Shown one piece after another: positions 11,995-25,538 of a stretch of DNA of 64,000 bases; the stretch's first letter is position 1; every line of letters starts with the position of its first letter. This DNA is from Paragordius varius. Lineage: Eukaryota > Animalia > Nematomorpha. A program made the translations under genes and the position numbers. The DNA lies in contig OZ176056.1 in assembly GCA_964247055.1 (NCBI GenBank), forward strand, positions 6,510,001-6,574,000, read 5' to 3'. Under the pieces are notes generated by a model that did not search any database, was not told the DNA's origin, and saw nothing but the letters and a program-made list of their open reading frames with translations.

Positions 11995-12598
11995 TAGGGT
12001 AAGAATTTATAATTAAATAAGAAAAGAAAAGATAAAAATTAACAAGATACTGTTTCTACCTAGGGGTATCTGATTTTTCCGAAAAAAATATAATTTATTT
12101 TATGCATGTCATTGTATAATAATAATAATGTCTAAATTACGTTATTAATAATATTCAAAAGCGTTTCAAAGTTAATTTAGTATGCAGGTAGATATTACGT
12201 CCCGAAATGTTGTGAACTATATGAATAATTTGAAAAAAAATATCATACGGCCTTATACTTGCGATAAATAATTATCACATTTTTAAATAGTTTGCGATAA
12301 AATATTTTGAAAAAATATTAAAACTATTTTAGATAAATTAGTATTTTTTTATGTTTTTAAATTTAGTTAAGACTAAAAAAGTTCATACAGTAGGGGTTTA
12401 TTATAAATTATGCGTTCGTAAAAGTTGTTTAAATAAAATCGAACGAAAAAATATTTTTAATCCGAAAGAAGCATATAAAAAAGTTATATTTAAAGATTTT
12501 AACATTTACATCACCTAAAAACTTTGAATTAGGTTTTCGAAAAAATTGATTTATAATTACATTTTTTTAAATTAAAAACAATAATAGGCGGATATCAT

Positions 12599-12906
12599 AT
12601 AGACCATTTACAGTTCATATTCACCCTTTCAACTCTCGAACAATTCTATTTTACTTTTGAAGTATTAAAATTGACCCTGAAATAAATTATTTTTTTTGAA
12701 TATCAAAATTACCTGTTTTTCATATTTTTAAAGAATAAAATTTCGTTAAATAAAATTTTGCGTAAAAACAATAGACTATGCCATAAAGAAATAATTCATA
12801 TTAAATACGATTGTATTGGCCTAAAAACTCTTATTTTTAGGGTGAATTTGGATTGTTCGAGAGTAAATTGGAATTGGGTGGGTGAATTTATGTGTAAATG
12901 ATATAT
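12599..12906. mobile_element. MITE family A, palindromic copy
   Basis: accatttacagttcatattcaccc... at the left and ...gggtgaatttatgtgtaaatgatata at the right form imperfect inverted termini. Confidence 0.65.
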
Positions 12907-13089
12907 AGTAATTATTTTTTTAGCATTCTAATTCGATCATTTATATTGAATATAACATTTAGTGTAGCGCTAAATGTCCCTTTATTTTTAATAAGAATAC
13001 TTGGTTAAATATATTATTGCTGTATTAACGAAATTATTTTGCTTATGCGTTTGCATTATCCTTAGCAGATAATGGTTTTTCAAACAAAC

Positions 13090-13440
13090 ATTTCGATCCG
13101 AATTGAGTTATCTAGTAACCCAAAACTATTGAGTTGATATTTTAAAAAAAAAACTACCGAAGAAACGGTTCCAGCTTAAATTTATGCTTCTATGCTAATA
13201 AAATTATATAAATAAGTGAAAATATAATTTAGCTTAAGGAAAAGATCCACATCAAACTATTTCCTCTCCGTAACAACATTTTTTGCAAAGTATCGTATTA
13301 TTTTATGCCAACGCTAAAATTAGAGTTTATTTTTAAATCACATTTAACATTAATATAAACAAAAAAAGTGAACTATTTATTATTTTCCCAATTAGCCGCA
13401 CACATGATACGTTGTCTAAATTTTTACCTAGACCCATGTT
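13090..13440. mobile_element. Partial copy of the TTAA-flanked element family
   Basis: ttcgatccgaattgagttatcta...aactaccgaagaaacggttccagcttaaatttatgcttcta aligns with 23887-23990. Confidence 0.5.
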
Positions 13441-13459
13441 CGGGTAAGTATTACTTACG

Positions 13460-13532
13460 TCCTTATGCTTAAATCCTTATGCTTACATCTTATGCTTAAA
13501 TCCTTATGCTGTCCTTATGCTTACATCCTTAT
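13460..13532. repeat. Minisatellite of about 5 imperfect tccttatgcttama units
   Basis: Directly visible tandem units. Confidence 0.8.
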
Positions 13533-14502
13533 TCTCTATTGTTTTATAAGTATTTAATAAAAAAGACAAATTAATCAATAGATCAATATCCAATCATATA
13601 GTACTATATTGCGTTTCACACTACTTCCAACATACTATAAAATACAATTTAATTTCGACATATGTTTGATAAAAATTAAATTTTTTAAAAGAAACGAAAA
13701 ATCTCAGGAGTATTTTTTAATTTCATCAACTAGTATAATGGACAGTGCTTCATAAAATAATTTATATATATATTATTATCAGGAATTTCATGGTGTTTCA
13801 GTTGATGGGCTTATTAAGAAAATTTTTACACTTTTTGTGTTAATTTATCCATGCCGATGCAAAAGTTTAGCTTATTTAATAAATGTTTTTGGTAAAAACT
13901 AAAGACTTTTTACCAAAAAATCATATATTAACAACATAAATTATATTTTAAAAGCAAATCGAAAATTAGTTTTAATTTTTGGTTGGGGAACAAAATAGGC
14001 CTATTTATTTAAAAAATGAATGTTTTATATCAAAATCGTTTTGATACAATCCATAATTTATATTTGAAAGATATAATTTTTAGCAAAATTTTACTAAATC
14101 TATGGTTATAGCAGAGAGAAAACAAAGTAAACGATTTAAAACAATAAAATACTTTTTCCATATACTGCGTTTATAATTGGGGTTACCCAGGGTTTCGATT
14201 CAATACGTTCAACTTATTTTATGTTATATATAAGGTTTTTTACAAATTTAACCAACATTTTAAAGTAAAGAATCTTTCAATTAAAAATTTTAAAAACTTT
14301 AAGTTGGTCCTTATTTCAATGGGTAAAAACATAATTTTAATATATTTTTTAAATTTAAGTTTTCATAATTTATTATATATTTTTAATTTTAAAACTAACA
14401 TTTTCATTCAAAAAAAATTTTTCAACCCAAAAATATTTTAATACTAACTTTTTTTACTAAAAAATGTAATTAATAATCGAAACACTTAAATTGTGTTATA
14501 AC

Positions 14503-17500
14503 TAAGGTGACCAGTTTTTTTGGAGGAAAAAGCGGGACAAATCTGAAAAGGAAGGGCGGGGGGGAGGGGGGTCATTGGGGGGTACAACCAAAAAATTTTA
14601 TATAAAAAATTTATTGTAATATTTATTTATTTTTAACACAAATACATTATAAATATAAAAAAATTTGTACCTTACAGGTTGTTTGTACCTTATTCAATAA
14701 TACATGTGCACGAACAAAGGGTGAAGTGATTGTAATATTCTAGAAAAAAAATAATAAAGACGAAATTATCACAAAGTGCGCTGGGTGATGCAAGAAGCGG
14801 CACAAAAAATATTTTTAACAATTTAGCGAATAAACTTAATCAAAACATTATTGGCAGATACACAACGCTATTCAAACAGCTACTGATTTGTTACCCCTGG
14901 ATGTGGAAAATATAGACGTTAAAATGCTTGGATATTGTAGAACTGTTAGCTCTTTTGCCAGTGATTGAATTTATAAAAATGTGATCTCCTAGAATCCTAT
15001 TATCACAGGACAAAGGTAATTCCAAGTCAAAAAAGGTTAGAAAATAATTTTATACCATTACCTAATCGCAATATTATAAAGCATCCAGAAAAACAAGGTT
15101 CAATGAAATAGCCAGAAAAATATGTTTGATACAAACAGAAACGATTATTTGGAAGACAAGACGGTGCACAATGACACTTTTTGATGAAGTCTCATTATTA
15201 AATAAATATATTGAATGAAACCTTATATTATGGACAACAGAAAAAAATACGTAGGATAGAAATGGTTAAAATCATTTTTAAACAAATTATGTTCCATACA
15301 ATAATATTTTAATTGTAGAATTTGCATTATCTTTACCTGGAACCAACACTGCTACTGTGCACGTTTTTCCACAGTAAATTAGGTAAGGACACGGAATCAT
15401 AAATGTTGAATAAAAGCCATTTTATGTGTTCAAATATAATTTGACAAATTATGAAGACTTATACAATATTTTAAGTATTTTTGTTTATTTTTTAACACAA
15501 AAACTTTAAAGAAAATATTTTATTCTTTGGTATATTTTTTGTTTGAGTGAATGCGTTTTAGCAGATTGTCATCATTTTTTATATTGTAGAAGTCTTCACA
15601 AGAATTTGTCAAATTTTATTTGACAGATAAAACGGCCTTTAAAGTTTCAACATTTAAATTTGATTTTCCAATGTCCACACCTGATTTACTGTGGGAAAAA
15701 CGCGCACAGTAGCAGCGTTGGTTCCAGGTAAAAATGTAATATAGTTGGCTTCAAAATGTGAAATATTTCCAAACATTTCTTTTCTACTGTATATTTTTCT
15801 TTTGTCCATAATTTAAGTTTTTCATTATGATATGTCTTTTAACTAATCATTCTTCAGAAAAGAGATCATATTCTGTAAAATTACTCTTTGAGAATTTTTG
15901 GGAACAGATATAATCATATAATTTTTGAACATCGCACCAATTAAATTCTGATTTTAATGTTATACAATGATAATGATAAATTTATTGAATTGCGTCGTCC
16001 AGTCTTCCAAATAATCTTTACATTTTGTATAAAACATTTTTATATGGGAGGATATCTTGGCGATTTATTAAGCTTTGTTTTTCTAAATTATTTATGATAT
16101 TGCGGATGGTTAATGGTATAAAATTATTTTCTAACCGTTCTTGACATTGGAATTTTAGGTTACTAATTTCATTGGCTACTTCGATTGCCGAAATTTTGTC
16201 ACCTTCTATAAATTTAATAACATTTTAAAAGAGAGAAGCTTGATTATGTAAGAATTCTAACCATATTTTTGAAGAATCACTTTTAAAAATCTTTTTTAAA
16301 ATTGTAGGACATTTGTCCTGTGATAAAAAAAAGATTTTTACATTTTTAAAATTCTTTCGATAGCTGGCATAAAAGCTAACCAACGAGTTTACAATACCCA
16401 AGCATTTTTTGATATTGAGCTTCTGCATTTTCACAGAATTCTTTAAGCGTTTCAACACGTACCGTGTATATATAAAAATAGGAATATATTTTAACAACTA
16501 CATTTTCCACATCTAGGGGTAACAAATCAGCAGCTGTTTGAATAGCATTGTGTATTATATGCGCTGCACACCCGACGCCAATAATGTTTTGATTAAGATT
16601 ATCTGTGAATTTATGAAAAATATTTGTTCCCCTCCTTGCTTTTCCACCGAAGTTCGTATTGTTGTTGTCAGCGCAATATGCGATAATTTTGTCTTTTAAA
16701 TCAATTTTTTCTAGAATATGCATTATTGAAGTAAATATTATTCGGAATTTTCACCGGATACAGATATTAAATCTAAAATTTTAATTTTTACTCCGGTTTC
16801 TGAATCCAAATATCTTATTAAAGTGGGAAATAATTTTGTTTCATGGTGATTTGATGCATCAGAGTATAGGGATAAAAAATTAATTTTCAGCAAATCTTTT
16901 TGTATTTCAGATAATGCATGTGGCCAAAGGACATGGCATACAATGGCTTCAGCCTTTGTACGGGCACATGTAAATTTTTTATGGAATAACGTGCGAATAA
17001 CTTGTGAGGTACAGTCCATAGATCTAAAGGAATGATTGTGATTAACGGCGTGAAAAGATAAAACGCCTTCGGCTAATGCCAAATTCTTTTCTTCCTCTCC
17101 AAAAGCGGTTTTTCCATAAAAATCGCTCATTTTGTAAGATGATGCCGCCATATCCAAACATTTTTTTATTTTCTGTGTTTCCATATGCTTTGTATTATCA
17201 TGCTTGCCGCCATGTTCTAAGGTGAATTCCCCCTCGCATAAAAAACATTTAACAAATGATTCATTCTTCGTTTTGATAAAAGGAAATTCTTTCATTTATT
17301 TATCGTTGAATTTACAACCTCTTTTTGTGCTCCTAGTTATAAACTACTATTAGTATAATAAATATTATATTACCTTAATTTTCTGGACGTGTAAGGTACC
17401 GATTTGTGGTATCAATTTGTCATTTAAGCTACCGATTTGTGGTATTAATTTGGCTTTTTGATATGTTAGCAAGTAATAAAACTAAAATATTAGCATAGTA

Positions 17501-17829
17501 AATATTATATTACCTTAATTTTCTGAAATAAACATGTAAGCTACCGATTTGTGGTATTAATTTGTCTTTTAATCTAGAGATTTGTGGTATTAACTTGGCT
17601 TTTTGATAATGATGACAGTAGTAGTAGTAGGAAGCAAAGTGTATAATTATATGATGTAAATTCAAAAATAATAATTATTTTTAATTTAAACATAAAAAAT
17701 TTTAATTTAAAATTGAATAGATTTTAAAGATATTTAATAATAAAAATATTTAAACGGATAAAAAAATTTATTTGATTAAAAAAAATTATTTTAAATAATC
17801 GTGAAAAAGCGGGACGTCTGGTCACCTTA
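14503..17829 (-). mobile_element. hAT (Blackjack-like) element, fold-back derivative, copy 1
   Basis: TIRs taaggtgaccag / ctggtcacctta, perfect 8-bp TSD GTTATAAC (14495-14502 and 17830-17837), CGGGAC subterminal motifs. Carries transposase relics on both strands. Confidence 0.92.
15585..17340 (-). pseudogene. Disrupted hAT transposase (BED-like N-terminus, YSDASNH, YCADNNNTNFGG, GCAAHIIHN, LPGTNAATVRVF)
   Basis: Consecutive ORFs 16738-17295, 16376-16723 and 16225-16497 are frameshifted pieces of one transposase. The start codon is mutated relative to copy 2. Confidence 0.88.
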
Positions 17830-18310
17830 GTTATAACCATATTAAAATAATTTCTAAAATTGAAAGTTTATGAATTATATATTATTCGATAACTATATGC
17901 TTAAGACTAATGTATCGAAATGATAAATGCGATTAAAATACTAAAATTGTTTTAATTTTTTTGCGATAGCCAAAATTAAAATATCGCATTTTTATCCAAC
18001 ATTAGGTCAAACAAAATTAAATACAATAGAGGAAAATGCATAAATTTATCTGCTAATTAAGGATTAAACGTAAAGTATTAAACGTAAAGTATTATCGATG
18101 AAAATTAGAGCGAAGCTAAAAAACTCACTTTGGCATTAAATTTGAATCATACAATTTGATATTATACGGTAGATATTAATTTTTATATATCATATATTTA
18201 CTCCGTATATAGAGTTGACCTAATATATCGCCTCAAAAACTATTTTAAGCTTATATTGATAATGTGCATTATAGCAAAAATGGCGTTTAAGTTTTATAAA
18301 ATATGCATAA

Positions 18311-18352
<42 letters not shown>

Positions 18353-18644
18353 GGCTTCTTAAACTTTTGTAACTCCCGACCCCATTTATGATTGCGAGTT
18401 TCTTAACGACCCCAACAAATATAAAAGAAAAATAAATTAATATTTTTTGATGATATATATATATATATATTATGCATATGAAAATATATAAATTTAGGAG
18501 TATTAAAACATTAAAATTGATAATCACACAAAACGTTATAGAAATATTTTTATTATGGTTTCAAAAACAAAAGTGGATTCTGAATTCTCTCAAATTTATC
18601 CAAATAATTGCGTAATAAATATCAAATTAAAATTTACGTTAAAA

Positions 18645-20404
18645 ATTTGATGAGATGGATGTACCTGTTCTATATTGCATAACAAATCAAATCTTGATAT
18701 AATGTTTGAAGCTTCTAGACGTAACACCTCTTCAACATTTGTTATCGCTGAACGCTATTGGGATTTAATGTGTGTTAAATCTGAGAAAGTAACTTCACAT
18801 AAATATGTGGTGTTGAATGGCATATGTACATACCTTACCGGCGATTGTGGGAAACTCAGTTCAAGTTCCGATCCAGAATTCAGTCAAGAGCTTTTTTTGG
18901 AATTGTTTCTTTAAGTTTGAGTCACACGAAAGCAAATTCATCTTGAGGTTTAAGTGGCAGATGATGAATCTCACTTAAGCCATCCCAAACGGCTTTTGAT
19001 TCCAAACTATTTTTTTTAAATCAATATCATTATAAAATATGTCAGGAACTGTATTTCTAGCGCTTTTAAGCGATCTGCAATAATTTTTGCAATAAAAGTT
19101 TTACAATGAATTTTCTCAATTACAAAATTGGTGACACTGCCTTCTTTTCCAAATGATGATTTTTTAAAAAACTTTTTATCGTTTGAAATTAATATATTTC
19201 AATTTTTTCCTTAAAACATATTAAAATCGTTTATCGTAAAAATATCTGACAAATAACACAGCACATAGCCAAGAGTCATTTTTATAAAAAACAGCAAATT
19301 CACTTTTTCGTTCGGTTAAAAATATTTCGATCTCGAATAACAATAATTCTTTTTAAACTTTGACCTTTTGACAACCATCTTACTTCTGCATGTAATAATA
19401 AAGTTGTGTAGTTGGAATCCGTATCCTTACAGAAATTTAAAAATAAGCGATTGTTAAGGGCATGGCTCTTAATAATATGACATTAACAGCATCCTGAAGC
19501 ACATCGTTCAATTCTGGTGCTAATTTTTTTGCTGCAAGAGCCTCTCGAATAAGACAATGAGTAAAAGTTATATGATCATGATGAGCAGCATGAAAAAATA
19601 ATTTAAAACCAATATTTTTGATCGTTATCGCTCTTACACCATCTGTGCATATTCCATAGCAATTTTCCATTCTAAACCTTCTGATTTTACAAATTCGTCA
19701 ACTTTACAATATATATCTTTCTAATATAGTCCATAGGACAAAATAACAATTCTTCCTCCACGCTTTCTTTATAAATGTACCTGACATATATTAACAACTG
19801 AGCCAGTTTAGTAATATCAGTTGTTTCGTCCAACTTAAGCGAAAATTATGGGCTTTCTTTAATTCTTGTTCCTTGTTAATATCAGAAATTCTATTCCAAA
19901 AGTGTCGTTCGACAAAGGAATTTTTCGAACATCATTGCCTTATTTTCTTCCATGTAGTATTTCTACCATTTTTAGCAGCAAGTAACACATAGATCTTCTC
20001 CAATGTTGAACGGCTTTTTATTTTCAGCAATTCAGTATAAACTGCATATGATGCTAGTAGATATTTTTTATTAACGGTTCTAAATTTTTCGATGTTTTTC
20101 TTTTCTTTACACAGTCTTTCAAAATATTCTTTGGGTTTATCGACTTACGTGTTTTGATTCAAGATGTCTTCCTAATTTTGATGGTTGTATAATCTCCGAA
20201 GCGAATAATTCATTTCAGATTAAACAAAGAGGTGTTGTTACCCTTACAATTTTGAAATGTAAAGCCAAATCGAAGAAAATACTCATCATTTATTTTTCGC
20301 ACATTAAATGTCTCTTTTCCAATACTTTGTCCTGTCTGAGAAGGTTTGTTGGTTTATCATCTGCGTCACTACCATTCTTATCTAAGTTCAGTCATTTATC
20401 CGTG
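18645..20404 (-). pseudogene. Disrupted Buster/ZBED5-like transposase
   Basis: Motifs CTDG, THCLIREALAAKKLAPELNDVLQDAV and the C-terminal MPFNTTYLCEVTFS...RFDLLCNIEQVHPSH, with many stops and frameshifts. Confidence 0.85.
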
Positions 20405-20558
20405 GACAAACAATATTTTTATATACATGTTGCAGATTGTATTTGATTTATAATTGCCAAATAAATAATACAAAATTATTGTTACAGGGGACAATAACAA
20501 ATTACAACACTAGAAGAGCATCAACACACCACTAATATAATTGTTTTTTTATTAGACA

Positions 20559-22807
20559 CTAGCGTGAATCTCGTGCTGCTACGCAGCCCGAGGAAGTCTT
20601 TCGGACTTCTGGGGGGGGTTCTAAGTTTGGATTTGAATGGGTACCGTTTTTCCTATAGATCACAAAGCCAGCATTTTCCATTTTTATAAATATATAGATT
20701 ACCATAAATAATGTTTTAATATCCATATATCTTTTAACATGCGATACATATAGAAGATACTCCTTACTCAGCAGCTATCATCAAAGAAACGCTTGACTAA
20801 AATTTTTGCCTTTTAACAGGCAATACGAAAAATCTTTCTCGAATTTTTACAGTCTCATACCGTGGGCAAAAAATACAATCAAAAAATATTTTTGTGGACT
20901 TTGTTTTTTTTTTTGAAAAAAATGGCATTTTACGGGGGTAGCGGGTAAAAAGAGGGCCAAAATCAAAAAAGTGACTCGACCATGTTCGGCGCAATCGAAA
21001 ATAAGTAAACAAAAATCGTATTTGAAATTGAATGGTCAAACACGTTCTCCAAAAAATTGACTTAACCCATTTTTCACACGGGGTGGGCCCAAACTGGGGA
21101 CCTAATTCCAAAAAAGGGCGAAGCTATTGTCGGGGCATTCATTAACGATAAAATTTTTTCGATGTTTGGATTTGAATGGGTTCACCGGTTTTCCGGAAAG
21201 AGATCACAAAGTTATATTAAAAATCAGTTTTTAGCGGGTAGCTCCTTACCCAGCAGCTATCAAATAAACGGTGGACTAAAATTTTGCCTTTTAACAGGGA
21301 ATACGTGGAATTTTTATTGAATTTTTACGGTCTCATACGTAGGGCTAAAAATCGATTTAGAAAATTATTTTTGTGGACTTTGTTTTTTGAAAAAAATGGC
21401 ATTTTAAGGGGGGACTGGGTAAAAAGAGGGCCTAAATCAAAAAAGTGACTCGACTATGTTCGGCGCAATCGAAAATAAGTAAACAAAAATCATAGAAATT
21501 GAATGGTCCAACACGTTCTCCGGAAAATTGTCTCAAAAACACGATTTTGTGGACTTCTGTTTTCAAAAAAAACCCGTTTTTCATACGGGGTGGGCCCGAA
21601 CTGGGGGCCTATAATCAAAAAAAGGGCGAAGCTATTGTCGGGACATTTATTAATGATTATATTTTTTCGATATTTGGATTTGATTGGGTCTACCGGTTTT
21701 CCTGTACCAGATCACAAAGCCAGCATTTTCCATTTTTATAAATATATAGATTACCATAAATAATGTATTAATATCCATATATCTTTTAACATGCTATACA
21801 TATGATAGATACTCCTTACTCAGCATCTATCATTAAAGAAACGCTTGACTAAAATTTTTGCCTTTTAACAGGCAATACGAAAAATCTTTCTCGAATTTTT
21901 ACAGTCTCATACCGTGGGCAAAAAAATACAATTAAAAAAATATTTTTGTGGACTTTGTTTTTTTTTGAAAAAAATGGCATTTTACGGGGGTAGCGGGTAA
22001 AAAGAGGGCCTAAATCAAAAAAGTGACTCGACCATGTTCGGCGCAATCGAAAATAAGTAAACAAAAATCGTATTTGAAATTAAATGGTCAAACACGTTCT
22101 CCAAAAAATTGACTTAACCCATTTTTCACACGGGGTGGGCCCGAACTGGGGACCTAATTCCAAAAAAGGGCGAAGCTATTGTCGGGGCATTCATTAATGA
22201 TAAAATTTTTTCGATGTTTGGATTTGAATGGGTTCACCGGTTTTCCGGAAACAGATCACAAAGTTATATGAAAAATCAGTTTTTAGCGGGTAGCTCCTTA
22301 CCCAGCAGCTATCATCAAATAAACGGTGGACTAAAATTTTTGCCTTTTAACAGGGAATACGTGGAATCTTTATTGAATTTTTACGGTCTCATACCTAGGG
22401 CGAAAAATCGATTTAAAAAATTATTTTTGTGGACTTTGTTTTTTGAAAAAGGTGGCATTTTACGGGGGGAGCGGGTAAAAAGAGGGCCTAAATCAAAAAA
22501 GTGGCTCGGCTATGTTCAGCGCAATCGAAAATAAGTAAATAAAAATCATATTTAAAATTGAATGGTCCAACACGTTCTCCGGAAAATTGTCTCAAAAACA
22601 CGATTTTGTGGACTTCTGTTTTCAAAAAAAACCGTTTTTCACACGGGGTGGGCCCAAACTGGGGGCCTATTTCAAAAAAAGGGCGAAGCTATTGTCGGGA
22701 CATTTATTAATGATTATATTTTTTCGATATTTGGATTTGATTGGGTCTACCGGTTTTCCTGTACCAGATCACAAAGCCAGCATTTTCCATTTTTATAAAT
22801 ATATAGA
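20559..22807 (-). mobile_element. Non-autonomous Helitron, internally a head-to-tail concatemer
   Basis: On the minus strand: A|TCTATATATTTATAAAAATGG 5' end at 22807; 3' end with hairpin GCTGC-GTA-GCAGC, then 12 nt, then CTAG|T at 20559, plus a second hairpin GAAGTC-CGAAA-GACTTC. The 5' end motif recurs at 21750 and 20698 (periods 1057 and 1052 bp), and each unit is built from two diverged subunits of about 510-540 bp. Confidence 0.75.
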
Positions 22808-22821
22808 TTCCCAGAGACAAT

Positions 22822-23840
22822 GGGTCGGGTGATAAAAAACTTTTTTTGACTTGACTTGCAAGTTTTTCGAGTCATGGCTTGCTTTCATGTGATAAAAAAA
22901 ATTTAACATTACACGACTTAAGTCAAGCAAGAAAACTTGATAAGGAGGTGATAAAAAATCATATGATCAAGTAAAACTTAAAGATTTTGCAAGTGTGGTG
23001 TAGGGCACACTTGACAGATTTAAAAATATGGATAAACTTATTTTGGAAACTATTCATGTATAAAATTTAGGTTTTATATGTAAATTCAAACCTTTGTTAA
23101 TGCTATAAGTTGTTAATTTTATAAAATTTGGCTTATCTATTCATTGGGTGGATATAAAAGCGGATAAATTTATAGAAAAACTCTGTATTTAATAACATGG
23201 CATATAAAAATATGCTGAATATATCAATTCCGTGACCGCAAAAAAATTGGATTCAACATTTCTTAAAATTAATAATTAAATAAAAATCTTGTAAAATTTC
23301 AATTCTTCGTTTATAAAAACTTCACTATTAAACAATGTAAAGAATTTATTTCATCATAAATTTATTTCGAATGTAATGTTTATAATCAATTGAAAATATT
23401 TATGTTATATTGTATAAAGATCTTCCCATTATATTTGCAACTGGACTCCAAACAAAATAAGTAGTGTGGTAAAATAATGGAAAGTATTTTAAGGGCCAAT
23501 GGTTTCATCAATCTAAAATTTATTACCAGACTCAAAATTTAGAAAACTCTATATATTAAATAAGATACGTGCCAGTGAGTTTGAAATACTTCAATAAACG
23601 CATATTATATTTATTGTTTATCTTTTGATGCCTTATTTCTAAAATTTTAGCTGAAAATGATCAAAAAAGTTTCCATAAAATTCGAATTGGGTGGCAAAAA
23701 ACTGTTACATTCATAAGCAAAAGACTTGACTTAAGTGTTTTTTTATGACCGATCTTCAAGTGTATGCTGGCTTAAGTAATCTTGCTCAACTTACCACGCT
23801 TGGCTTACAAGTCAAGTGTGACTTTTTTATCACCCCACCC
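22822..23840. mobile_element. Non-autonomous PIF/Harbinger-like element
   Basis: TIRs GGGTCGGGTGATAAAAAA / TTTTTTATCACCCCACCC, 3-bp TSD AAT on both sides, subterminal gacttga/caagtc repeats. Confidence 0.7.
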
Positions 23841-23883
23841 AATGATTGTTATTTTACTTTATAACAATAATTTTACGAATTAA

Positions 23884-24464
23884 CACTTCGATTCAAATTG
23901 GGGTATCTAAATACCCCAGACTAAATTTAAATTATTTTTTTTAAAAAACTACTGAAGGAAACGGTCCCAATTTAAATTTATGCTTCTATTGATAAAAATT
24001 TTATAAATATGCCAAAATATCTTGATAAAATTTTGTTTCGAAAAAAAAGTTTCACCTCAAACTACTTCGACGCCATTTTTATTTTGCAAAAATTTTGCAA
24101 AATATCGTCTTGATTTTATTTTAAGGGTAAATATAAAGCTTATTTTTTATATAAATTACATCTAACATTGATAGAGATAGAAAAAGCGGTTTATTTTGTA
24201 TTATTTTTTAATTTTACAATTTGACACATGTCACGTTCACGAAATTTTTACCTTTCAGTTTTATCTTAAAATAAGTTATATCAAGTATTTTTGAATAAAT
24301 TTTTTTATATATTTCGGTTTATTAATGTTATATAAGTGCAAAATTTTGCCATGGTTTTGATTGCTTCCATACTTTTTAAACTATTTGATTTTAAACAGGC
24401 CTGGAGTATACAACTACCCCTAATTTGAATCGAAGGACTAAAATGAGTGTGTTGTATCCAAGTG
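23884..24464. mobile_element. TTAA-flanked (piggyBac-like) non-autonomous element
   Basis: ttaa|CACTTCG...CCAAGTG|ttaa; an inverted relative of 586-1060. Confidence 0.7.
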
Positions 24465-25538
24465 TTAAAAAACACTTTTATTAAATTAATTTTAATCACT
24501 CGCGACCCCAAATAGGGTTGCGACCCATAGTTTAAGTAGCCGTGTTATAGGAGCAAACATTTGCCATAATTTGGATATCTATTTTTTGAATTTAATTTTA
24601 AATAGGCCTGGGGTATCCAACTGCCCTTTGAATCGAATTAAGAATAAAAAATACATTCCTTTTTAAAAATTTAATATTTGGCGAATTTTTTTAAGCCTTC
24701 ATAATTTTTGAGGCCCGGTGAAAACGGAACGAAGATATTATAAAAACACTTTATATATTCTAATACAAAATCTTGGATAAAATAATAGGTCTCTTCAAGA
24801 TTATGTTAAATTAATATTATGTTTTTCACATAAATCCATAAAATAAAGATATAGCCTTAAATTCGAAAAGCGATAAAAGTGTTCAGCTTCAACGTATTTA
24901 TATATAATATCTTAAAGAGTTTTACCGTTTTCACCCTGTTTTAAAATAGTTATTACATTCAACAAAATTATATAAATAATACAAAAATTTATTTTAATAA
25001 TATCATTAAGTGATTATAATGGGCAAAATTTAAAAGATTTATCGCGCAATCTTGGGCTATTTGCTTTTTTGGAGAACTAATCCAGCAAAATTGGAAATTA
25101 TTACTAACTTTCGGATAAATTTAATAAATATAAAAAGGTTTTTTGCTATTTATATAGTATATTATGATATATGTTACCAACATTTTTTACAATTAACCTA
25201 GCTTTTATTAATAAAATAAAAAATGGGGCAAATTTTATAGAAGCAGTTTCACAATATAGTTAATATTTTTTCTATATTACACATAAAGCCCAAAACTTAA
25301 AGCACCAAGATAACCCTTAAAATGTTTTATTTAATATATATATTTCATAAATTTTATATCCCGGTTTTAGACGCAGTGCTCTCAGAATATAATTGAATTA
25401 TATATGATTATACTGTAAGGGGCTTTATAAAGTATTAATTATGAATGATAATCAAAAAACAAAGAAGGATATTATTGGGCAGTATTACAAAAACATATTT
25501 CAAATTATACATCTGTTAACATTTTAGAGTTTAAAATC

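Larger units (their letters stand above)
18350..24544 (-). mobile_element. hAT Buster/Charlie-type element with nested insertions
   Basis: Termini cagggcttcttaaact (18350) and agtttaagtagccgtg (to 24544), with gggtcgcgacc-type subterminal motifs. No TSD is recognisable because the left flank is a (TA)n tract. Confidence 0.7.

Noticed and set aside
20797-22832. Repeated ORFs (20797-21111, 21499-21763, 21849-22064, 22214-22534, 22562-22832)
   Set aside because: They are chance frames in the Helitron tandem units with no recognisable domain, and they are broken differently in each copy.
18342-24552. 8-bp TSD for the Buster element
   Set aside because: The flanks atatatat and ttatagga do not match, so the element boundaries rest on the TIRs only.
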